DNA of 63,933 bases, the filler included, from Octopus bimaculoides (Eukaryota): assembly GCF_001194135.2 (NCBI RefSeq). It is 5 parts of 5 records of this genome, joined end to end, with 100 filler letters (N's around TTAATTAATTAA, not from the genome) between each part and the next. Parts side by side here need not be neighbours in the genome. Positions count along the whole stretch, not along the records: positions 1 to 31,893 come from NC_068985.1; 4 more parts are not named here. The stretch is one strand, 5' to 3'. Below the pieces are notes generated by a model. That model was given only the letters and a program-made list of their open reading frames with translations, had not been told where the DNA came from and searched no databases. Of the stretch, positions 1 through 9,753 are shown piece after piece (the first letter of the stretch is position 1; the number at the start of each line of letters is the position of its first letter). A program made the position numbers and the translations under genes.

Positions 1-310
1 AAACTGAAAGAAGCCCGTCGTATATATGTATATATATATGTATGTGTGTCTGTGTTTGTACCCCCAACATCGCTTGACAACCGACGGTGGTGTGTTTACG
101 TCTCCGTAACTTAGCGGTTCGGCAAAAGAGACCGATAGAATAAGTACTACGCTTCCAAAGAATAAGTCCTGGAGTCGATTTGCTCGACTAAAGGCGGTGC
201 TCCAGCATGGCCGCAGTCGAATGACTGAAACAAGTAAAAGAGTAAAGAGTAAAAGAGTAAAGAGTAAAAGAGTAAAGAGTAAAAGAGTAAAGAGTAAAAG
301 AGTAAAGAGT
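1..310 (+). mobile_element. tRNA-derived SINE (called family C here), 3' two-thirds, cut by window edge
   Basis: GAAACTGAAAGAAGCCCGTC - internal TA/TG microsatellite - ATCGCTTGACAACCGA...GAATAAGTCCTGG(A/G)GTCGATTTG...GCTCCAGCATGGCCGCAGTC...GACTGAAACAAG, then a tail of AGTAAA(A)G repeats. The same modules recur more than 10 times in the window; Pol III-type head seen in copies at 28270, 44330 and 53800. Confidence 0.85.
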
Positions 311-939
311 ATATATACACATGTACACACACTCGCATACACACACACACACACACATACATATACACACATGTAAATAATAACATACACAGATATAAAA
401 GTAAGTATGGTTAATTTACTAAATTAATTAAATTAATTAAAATTATCAATTAATTAGAAGATAAAGAGAGAATATATGACCCTTTAAGTGAAACTACGAT
501 ATTTAGAAAGAATTCAGAGGAAATATTTGGAGAGAATATAGAAAAACGGACAATATAAGAGTTTTTGCATAATAAAATGATTCAGATAAAAGAAGAGAAA
601 AGTTAGACGCGGGGGAATAGAGATATACACAACAAAGAGGATATGGTAAATTATTAACCGATGTTTAGACTAAATGAATATAAGAAAGAAGATAATTAAT
701 GAATGAAACTATTCTATGCACCTATTAAATATCAAAAAGTTAATTATACATACCAATATATACGCATTATTCTGCATATATATGCACGCACACACGCACT
801 TATACACACATATACATAAGCATGTACGCACATACGCACTGACATACACACTTACATATGTATACATAAACATAAACACGGATACGCAGACACACATCTA
901 CATATATACTGTACATAGATGAAGAAAACATAATAGAAA

Positions 940-1012
940 TAGCAACAACAGCAACAACAACAATAACAACAACAACAACAACAATAATAATAATAACAAT
1001 AATAATAATAAC

Positions 1013-1047
<35 letters not shown>

Positions 1048-1052
1048 TAATA
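940..1052 (+). repeat. (AAC/AAT)n trinucleotide microsatellite
   Basis: Direct reading; in frame as poly-Asn with the downstream GIY-YIG remnant. Confidence 0.95.
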
Positions 1053-1466
1053 AATTCTGTAATTGTATTGGTGGATACCAACTTAAAAATCTTTGTAATG
1101 AAGATAATGTTGTATATAATTGTGAGATTGATGCCTTTAATAAGTATATGTACATTGAAGCGACATCTAATAAATTTAAAACTCGCTTTAAGGGTAGGAA
1201 ACAACTTTAAGGGTAGGAAAAAGATTAACTCAACTGGTCTAAGTAAATTCATATGGGGGCTTAAAGATAAGAAAATTGATTTTAAACTGGACTGGAATAT
1301 TATTAGCGATGTTAAATCTTTTAGTATCGCAAACAAAAGATGTGAGTTTTGCACTGAAGAGTTATATCAAATATTTATTTCCCGTAAATTACTTTTGAAC
1401 ATACATTCTGAAAAAATTTTAGCCTGTAGCGATGCGAGTAAATTTCTTTCTGCAAAATATAAGTAG
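1053..1466 (+). pseudogene. Penelope-like element C-terminal GIY-YIG endonuclease remnant
   Basis: One frame reads KFCNCIGGYQLKNLCNEDNVVYNCEIDAFNKYMYIEATSNKFKTRF (CxC linker; VVY...YI(G>E) GIY-YIG; FKxR). After a frameshift it reads NSTGLSKFIWGLKDKKIDFKLDWNII...KRCEFCTEE...LLNIHSE...CSDASKFL, matching the PLE EN tail pattern ST.LSK.IW.LK/W.I/CxLC..EK/LN.R.E/CRH..KF. Confidence 0.75.
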
Positions 1467-1544
1467 ATTTCTAATATTTCATTAGTATTAACAAATAATA
1501 AATTTGACTAATTTTGGAATTTATTTCTTAAGTTGATATTAATG

Positions 1545-1585
<41 letters not shown>

Positions 1586-2211
1586 NNNNNNNNNNNNNNN
1601 NNNNNNNNNNNNNNNNNNNNNNNNNNNNNNNNNNNNNNNNNNNNNNNNNNNNNNNNNNNNNNNNNNNNNNNNNNNNNNNNNNNNNNNNNNNNNNNNNNNN
1701 NNNNNNNNNNNNNNNNNNNNNNNNNNNNNNNNNNNNNNNNNNNNNNNNNNNNNNNNNNNNNNNNNNNNNNNNNNNNNNNNNNNNNNNNNNNNNNNNNNNN
1801 NNNNNNNNNNNNNNNNNNNNNNNNNNNNNNNNNNNNNNNNNNNNNNNNNNNNNNNNNNNNNNNNNNNNNNNNNNNNNNNNNNNNNNNNNNNNNNNNNNNN
1901 NNNNNNNNNNNNNNNNNNNNNNNNNNNNNNNNNNNNNNNNNNNNNNNNNNNNNNNNNNNNNNNNNNNNNNNNNNNNNNNNNNNNNNNNNNNNNNNNNNNN
2001 NNNNNNNNNNNNNNNNNNNNNNNNNNNNNNNNNNNNNNNNNNNNNNNNNNNNNNNNNNNNNNNNNNNNNNNNNNNNATAATTTTGCTTCATCATTCCTTA
2101 TATAAATATATATACATACATACAATATTATTGTTCTTTCTTACAAAATATACAGAACTGCTAAAAAGAATTACTTAGGTCGAACCTGAGAAAAAAAAAG
2201 ATAAACATTAA

Positions 2212-2850
2212 GATATAAACTCAAATTAGGCAATCATACTTATATATTTATAAATTCGACTTAAAATGCGTATACATATATTAATACATATCGACACATG
2301 AATAATTTTTTTAAATATTCATAAAATATAAATATACATAAAAATACATGCAAATAAACCCATGGAAGGAAGTGTGAGAAAAAGTGGACTGATAAAAAGA
2401 GGAATGAAAGAATTTTTTTGTACTGAAATTAAGAGCAGTTAAGAATTTCAATTAAAAGATCCATAGAGTTCGGTGTGTTGTTTTTTTATAATACAAATGC
2501 TATATAAGGTATATAATACAGTAAAACTCCTCGAACTGTATGATATACCTTATATACCTTTTATATTTTTATAAAGACACACCGAACTCTATGGGTCTTT
2601 TAATTGAAGTACTTAACCGCTCTTAATTTAAGCACAAAAAATTTTTTCAGTCCTCTTTTTGTCACACTTCCTTCCACACATATCCCACACGGGCTTATTT
2701 ACATGTATTTTTATGCGTATTTATATATTTATATTTTATGAATATTTTAAAAAAATATTCTTATGTGTCGATATATATCAATATATGTATACGCATTTTA
2801 TGTCGAATTTATAAATGTATGTGTATGACTGTTTAATTTGAGTTTATATC
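2212..2850. mobile_element. ~640 bp foldback/palindromic element (MITE-like)
   Basis: GATATAAACTCAAATTA at 2212 is the reverse complement of TAATTTGAGTTTATATC ending 2850. Arms of ~310 bp pair throughout (e.g. CCATAGAGTTCGGTGTG / CACACCGAACTCTATGG); ~12 nt loop at 2523-2534. Confidence 0.85.
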
Positions 2851-2938
2851 GTAATTCTTATATATATATGTCTGTGTGTGTGTGTATATACACACAATAT
2901 ATACAAAATATATGTATATATATATATAAATACACACT

Positions 2939-2980
<42 letters not shown>

Positions 2981-3449
2981 GATGTATGTATATGTGTGTG
3001 TTTTTTTTATATATAATATATATATATATTATGAGTATTAAAGAAAAACGAAATGCCATAGCATCATTGAAGATATATGGTGACAGAAATAACAACGTGT
3101 GAAGCATTTCTATATCAAATGTCAACGACAAAGCACATCGTGACAACCCTACATGCAAATGTCAACCAGGCACTGCTGAGAAATATGCTATATTAACTCA
3201 TTATGCGAAATACTTTTTAATGTAGATTATGTACATTATTAACTATGACAATGAAATGAAGCCCGTTTAAATTACCAAACCTTAAGAAACATAGTAGCAG
3301 ATGTGGAAGTCGAACGCGTTCGCTTTGCACTCAACTTCGAGAATAGATACGTTATCTTTCTGAAAACAATTATCTGTGTTACCATAAGTCCACCAACTGG
3401 ACAGAAACTGCGAGAAATAGTTATTATGGAACATTAAGCAACATAAAGA

Positions 3450-3534
3450 AAATGTCCAACGCAAGCTTCGAACAACTCGTCGCCACTTTTATATCCTTGT
3501 ATGTTGGATATATAATTTAACGAAGCAGCGGAAA
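3450..3534 (-). mobile_element. Inverted LTR-end + PBS fragment of the Gypsy family at 9750
   Basis: Near-identical reverse complement of 9935-10018, including TGGCGACGAG. Confidence 0.85.
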
Positions 3535-3859
3535 ACACTCACCAGGCACATACACATATGTGTGTGCTTTGTGAGAAAATCAGTTTATCTCTTTATCATT
3601 CAGATTACTTTGTCAAATTTAAGGCTTTTCTATTTACGTTGTCTTGAATTCGTCGTGCAATATCTTGTGGCGTTGAGATTTCGATGTTGCGATTGTCTAT
3701 TTTTAGAATGACTTTGTCCTGGAAGTCTAATGAAATGTAGAAATTTAGAAATTCTGAGAAGTTAACTCACGTATCTTTCAGGGGAAAATTGTATTTAGCT
3801 TGATTAAAGCTATGTAATAACTAGTCACAGGCATTATCGCTGTCCAGACGCACATACAT

Positions 3860-4270
3860 ATATGCATATATAAATACAAACATACATGCATACGTACATA
3901 CATACAAACACTCATACATGCATACATACAAACACTCATACATGCATACATACATGCATGCATCATCCATCCATACACACATACATACATAATACATACA
4001 TGAATGCATTCAAACATACATAAAACATGCATGCATGCAGTAATACATACATACAAACATACATACAAACATACATACAGGTATGCATGCACCCATACAT
4101 ATATATACATGCGTACATACATGCATGCATGCATGCATGCATACATACATACAGGCATACATACATACATGTATCCATCCATTCATCCTTGCGTACATAC
4201 ATACATACATACATACATACATACAAACATACATACACACATACATGCATACATACATGGATGGATGCAT
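3860..4270. repeat. Degenerate (CATA/CATG)n microsatellite, left flank of LTR element 1
   Basis: Direct reading. Confidence 0.95.
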
Positions 4271-4296
4271 GCAGGCGAGAATCATGATACCTCCTG

Positions 4297-4614
4297 TGAG
4301 AATAGACTAGCCAAACTCGTATAAGTAGCAGCGTGTTTCATTGAGCAGAGAGATGAGAAATGGCAGAAGGTCGAAAAGTGTCGTTCGTGAGTCCGTAGAG
4401 TCACAGAAAATTGTTGAGAAGTTGTTATAGTTCGTTGAGAGTTGTTTTGGATTGGTTACAGTTGTGGCAGAGTATTTGGGAATACATCAAGTGGAGGCAG
4501 TTGGTCTACCCCGTTTCGAAGTATCCTATATTCCACTGTTATAAGTTCACTTTATAAAAGTGGCATACAGCGCCACGATACAAAAGTGATGACGAGGATA
4601 TCTACGAAACAACA
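4297..4614 (+). repeat. 5' LTR of element 1
   Basis: Aligns to 8730-9049; ends ...ACAACA, followed by AT and the PBS. Confidence 0.88.
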
Positions 4615-4616
4615 AT

Positions 4617-4626
4617 TGGCGACGAG
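4617..4626 (+). other. Primer binding site, tRNA-Ser(GCU) type
   Basis: TGGCGACGAG is complementary to the 3' end ...CTCGTCGCCA of metazoan tRNA-Ser(GCU) (recalled sequence). Confidence 0.8.
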
Positions 4627-4687
4627 TGATTCGAAGCTTACGTTGATCATCAAGAAATTTTTTTGTGATACGAAACATTTGTTTATT

Positions 4688-7600
4688 ATGGAAGATCTAG
4701 CTGACATATTACAGTTGCAAAAGCAACAGCAAAAGCAGGAACTGGAGTTGTACCAACAACTACAAGAGCAACAACTACGACACAATCGGTTGCTGGAACT
4801 GAGGTTGAAGTCGGGAAACACTGTAAATTCGTTTTCGCCAGACGGCGTGGCGAAAGCTGTAACAGAATTTCGTTATAATTCAGAAGAGGGTATAACTTTT
4901 TCGGTGTGCTTCAGAAGAAACGAAGAAATCTTCAAAATAGAATGCAAGTGTTGGACAGACGATGAAGAAGTACTGTTGCGGAAACTAGGTCTTTCAGAAC
5001 ATGAAAATACTGCAATTTTATCTTGCCTAAAAAAAAAGTGAAATTTGTTTCAAGGGAACAACTGGATTGCTATCCAAAATGTTCAGCGATAAGAGTTCCC
5101 TGTTTAACATTAGCTGGGTGTGTTTGAATTTAGTAAAAGAAGAGGACGATGATTTTTTTCAGTTATGCCGGAATCGTAAATAGAATGTGTGAAAAATTTT
5201 AACTAAATAAATTATCTCCTGAATTTTTAAATGTCTCATCTTTGTGCAAGGTTTGTGCGAGGTTTGCTCACGGAGCTAATGTTCACCCAGAAGATAAAAT
5301 TAATTTTTGATAAATTGTTACCTACAAAAACCTTGTAAGGAAAACCCAAAAAATACAACAAAGTATTGTGCAAGGTTTGCAGAAATACGTGAACGGATTC
5401 TTGCAAAACTAGAACAGAAGAACTAGAATTTAACCCTGCAGGCAGTAACAGGAGAATGTCAAAGAATTATCAACTTACGACAGGACATATAGAAAATTGA
5501 AGAAAAAGATTTCTCTCAAGTACACACATGTCGACCGAGAATAAATAAAGAAAAAGAATGTTACGACCAAATCCATGGTGTGAGAGTGGAGGTCTGCATT
5601 TTAAGGAAGATTGTCCATTTAAAACTCGGAAATGTTTTAGATGTCAAAAAATACGACATAAAAGCTCGCACTGCATAGAGAAGCAAACACGGTCGGAAAA
5701 AAATTCTTGTAAAAAGGTTTTCTCAACGAAAAGTCGTGACGACACCCCCCAAAAAAAGTATTTGTACGTAAGAATGAATGATGCGAGTGTGAAACTATAA
5801 CTAGACACAGGTAACGACATTACAATTATTGATGCTGATACGTTGAAGAAAATTGAGATACCTACATTAAAAAAAACATAGAAAAGTGCGCAAGGCGTCA
5901 CAGGTGAAATATTACACTTCTAAGGCGAAAGGGTGAGCGACATTACATTTCGTGGTAAAATCTGTAAAGCAAAAGTGTTTGTGTTAAAAGATGCAACAAA
6001 CTTGTTCGGCACTAACTGGATGGAATTGTTTGATTTATGGGACCTCCCCATAACTCTGTTTTGTAAAGACATAAATGATTGTTCCTCCAGTAAGAATGAG
6101 GCGTCAGAGGAATTGAAGAAAAAAATTTTAAATGCTTTTCCTGAAGTGTTGTCGGATAAATTAGGTTTGTGTACTAAGGAAAACGCAATACCAGTGTTCA
6201 AACCAAAAAGAATGGTGCCTTTTGCTGCGATAAAATATGTCTCTGAAGAATTAAATAGATTAGAGAAAATTGGAGTTATCCAAAAGGTAAAATATGCAAA
6301 ATGGGCAGCGCCAACGGTGTGTATATAAAAAAAAAAAAACGAATAACAAAATCAAGGTGTGTGTCGATTTTTCCACTGGCTTGAATGAATGTCTGAAAAC
6401 GTATCACTATACGCTACCTACTCCGGAGGATATTTTTGCGAAGTTAAACGAGGGTAAGATATTTTCGAAACTGGATCTCCCCGATGCGTACCTACAAACT
6501 GGAGTAGACGAGGAATGCTCAAAATTCCTAGCAGTGAATACGCATAAAGGACTATATAAATATAACAGATTACCATTTAGTCTAAAGGTCGCACCTGAAA
6601 TTNNNNNNNNNNNNNNNNNNNNNNNNNNNNNNNNNNNNNNNNNNNNNNNNNNNNNNNNNNNNNNNNNNNNNNNNNNNNNNNNNNNNNNNNNNNNNNNNNN
6701 GGGAATTCGCAATTCCATACCTGGATGAAATATTAATTAAAAGTGAACCTCGTGATAAGCATGTTGAGCATATAAAATGTGTTTTTGAAAAAATAAGAGA
6801 TTACGGTTTCACACTGAGTGAGGAAAAATGTGAATTTTTCTTACCTAAAATTAAGTATTAAGGACTAATTAGCGACAGGAATGGACGACGACAACCGGAC
6901 CTGTCGAGGTTAGACGCAATTAAAAATATCCCCCCGGCTAATATAAGGACCTTACAAACTTTTCTAGGTCTAGCAAATTATTACCAAAATTATATACCAA
7001 ATATGCATGAATTGAGAGCTCGATTAAATAATTTGCTTAAAAAGGATGTGAAGTGGAATTGGTCAAAAAATTGTCAAAAAGTGTTTGACAATATTAAAAA
7101 AAAAATATTTATACCGGATTTGTCGCTGGCTCATTTCGATCCTGCAACGGAGATTGTTGTATCTTCTGACTCTTCTGAATACGGCTTAGGAGCAGTAATG
7201 CTACACAAATATAAAGACGGTAATATGTAAGCGGTGGTTCATACCTTGCGTTCTCTGATAGCGGCAGAAAAATAACTATAGTCAAATAGAAGCTCTAGTG
7301 ATCATTTTTGCAGTGGAGAAATTTCACAGATTTTTGCACGGTAGAAGTTTTCGGTTGCACACTGATCACCGATCATTATTATCAATTTTGGGGTCGAAGA
7401 AAGGAATTCCTACCCGTACTGCAAATAGGTTACAATGCTGGGGCACGATATTGTTGAATTACGACTTTAAGGTGGAGTATATATAATATCGAAGAAGTTA
7501 GGCCATGCGAATTGCATATCAAGGCTAATTCCAAAATATACGGAACTATTTGAAGATACCGTGATTGCTGTGTTGCGAGCGGAAAATGAAATAAAAATGC

Positions 7601-8730
7601 ATTTTGTGTAACGTCATTCGGGAGCTGCCAGTAACTGTTCAAGATATAAAATTGAATTCGGAGAATGACAAATTCATTGCGAAGATGAAAGAAATGTTGA
7701 AGGTAAAATAAAATTAAAATATACGTAACACAAATGCGAGCCATTTTCCTTTGTGATAATGTGTTGATATACGCACAAAGAGTTCTAGTGCCAGCCGCAC
7801 GACAAAAGCGTATATTAAGTGAATTTCATATGGGGCACCCAGGTATTTCAAGAATGAAATCAGTAATGAGGAGTTACGCGTATTGGCCTACTATAGACCT
7901 TAGTATTGAACAATTCGTGAAATCCTCTCGCGGCAATGTCACCAACCGGTGAAATTCCAATCATGGCCGGAGAGAGACAGTCCGTGGTCCAGGCTACATA
8001 TAGATTTTGCTGGACCGATAAACGGTGCTATTATCTAATCATAGTAGACAGCTATACTAAGTGGCCGGAGATATGTAAATGTAGTCAACCTACCTCGAAG
8101 GTAATAATAAGGTTCTTTCACATACTTTTGCGTTATACGATGTCCCGGACACCATGGTATCGGATGGCTGAACGCAGTTTTCGGGGTACAAATTTTAAAA
8201 TTTCTGTGAGAGGTATGCAATCAATCACATCTCTACTCTATCGTACAACCCGAGTTCAAATGGGCAAGCAGAAAGTTTCGTAGACACATTTAAGCAAGCA
8301 CTAAACAAATCAGAAAATGAATAAGGCAATGATGCAGCACTAACTCAATTCTGAAGATTTTACATGGTAACACCGAACCCGAATACCTGTTCAGACAAGT
8401 TGCCCGCAGAGCTAATATTCACCCGGAAGATAAAATTAATTTTTGATAAATTGTTACCTGCAAAACCTTATAGGGAAAACCTAAGAAACTCAACAAAGTA
8501 TTTTAATGTGGGAGATAACGTGCATTTCAAAATATCTAAGAATGGAAGACAAAGTTGGGAGGACAGTATAGTGACGAAGAGAATAGGCAGTATGGTGTAC
8601 ATAATAAAAGGTCAAATAAATCACAAATTACATTTGAACCAGTTGAAGACTAGACATGCAGAAAAAAAGAGAAGAAATAACGATGGAAGTTTGTTATGAC
8701 TTGTTCGATGTTCCAACACCAAAAGCGGTT
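4688..8730 (+). pseudogene. gag-pol of element 1 (many stops and frameshifts)
   Basis: gag: FSPDGVAKAVTEFRYNSEEGITF...LLRKLGLSEHE; zinc knuckles CESGGLHFKEDC and CFRCQKIRH; protease LDTGND (~5800); RT: WAAPTV, CVDFSTGLN, FSKLDL, YNRLPF, YLDE (~6717); RNase H: SSDSSEYGLGAV, HTDHRSL; integrase: HMGHPG...YWP and IIVDSYTKWPE. Confidence 0.9.
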
Positions 8731-9049
8731 GAGATTGGACTAACTGAACTCATATAAGTAGCAGCGTGCTTCACTGAGCAGAGAGATGAGAAATCGCAGG
8801 AGGTCGAAAAGTGTCGTTCGTAAAGTTTGTGGAATCACAGAAAATTGTTGAGAAGTTGTTATAATTCGTTGGGTGTTGTTTTGGATTGGTTACAGTTGTT
8901 GGCAAAGTATTTGGCAATAGATCAAGCGGAAGCAGTTGGTCTACATCGTTTCTTAGTATCGTATATCCCACAGTTATAAGTCCACATTATAAAAGTGGCA
9001 TTCAACGCCACGATACAAAAGTGGTGACGAGGATATCTACGATACAACA
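8730..9049 (+). repeat. 3' LTR of element 1
   Basis: Aligns to 4297-4614; followed directly by (CATA)n. Confidence 0.88.
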
Positions 9050-9196
9050 CATACATACAAACATTCAAACATACATGCATGCATGCATACATACATATAT
9101 ACATACATACATACATACATACATACAAGCATACATACATTCATGCATGCATGCATTCATACATACATACATGCATACATACATACATACATACAT

Positions 9197-9270
9197 GAAA
9201 GGTATGGATTTTGGTTAGAAACCGGCTTTCTTCTATTGGCAAGAAATCTTGAAATAAAACTGAACAATGG
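9197..9270 (+). mobile_element. 3' terminus of (CATA)n-associated R4/Dong-like LINE
   Basis: GGTTAGAAACCGGC...TATTGGCAAGAAATCTTGAAATAAAACTGAACAATGG|CATACATAC; reverse complement of the termini at 20937 and 59346. Confidence 0.75.
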
Positions 9271-9364
9271 CATACATACATACATGCATGCATTCGTACA
9301 TACATGCATACATACATACATACACACATACATACATACATACATACATACAGATATACATACA

Positions 9365-9490
9365 GGTGGTGATAGAAAATGTCGGTTCTGCTATACCAGA
9401 GAGGAAGATATCACCAACGTCATTAGCAGCTGCCCCAAAATGATACGAAACACTACTTACTCACGAAGCATCACACTTGCAAATATTTCT
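9365..9490 (+). pseudogene. RLE-LINE CCHC zinc-knuckle fragment
   Basis: DRKCRFCYTREEDITNVISSCPKM matches the region at ~21700 (minus strand) of the R4-like copy. Confidence 0.7.
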
Positions 9491-9718
9491 TAGTCCTTTT
9501 ATACCTTTCAATCATTTGACAATGGCCATGCTGGAGCACCGCTGTTAAAGATTTTAGTTAATGAAAACAACTCCAGGACTTATTCTTTGTAAGCCTAGTA
9601 CTTATTCTATGGGTGGCTTTTGCCGAACCGCTAAGCTATAGGGGCATAAACACATTAACGTCGGTTGTCAAGCAATGTTGGGGGACAAACACAGACACAA
9701 AGACACACACACACACAC
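9490..9718 (-). mobile_element. SINE family C, 3' half
   Basis: Reverse complement of the modules at 60-240; stops at its internal CA repeat, where LTR element 2 begins. Confidence 0.8.

Positions 9719-9749
<31 letters not shown>

Positions 9750-9753
<4 letters not shown>

Larger units (their letters stand above)
4297..9049 (+). mobile_element. Ty3/Gypsy LTR retrotransposon 1 (Mag/K02A2.6-like), two LTRs, decayed
   Basis: Direct repeats 4297-4614 and 8730-9049 (about 36 substitutions + 2 indels by hand count, ~88% identical), PBS at 4617, domain order gag-PR-RT-RH-INT. Confidence 0.93.

Noticed and set aside
480-700. Possible L1/Tx1 3' remnant (KKRKVRRGGIEIYTTKRIW)
   Set aside because: Too short and too broken by stops to support.
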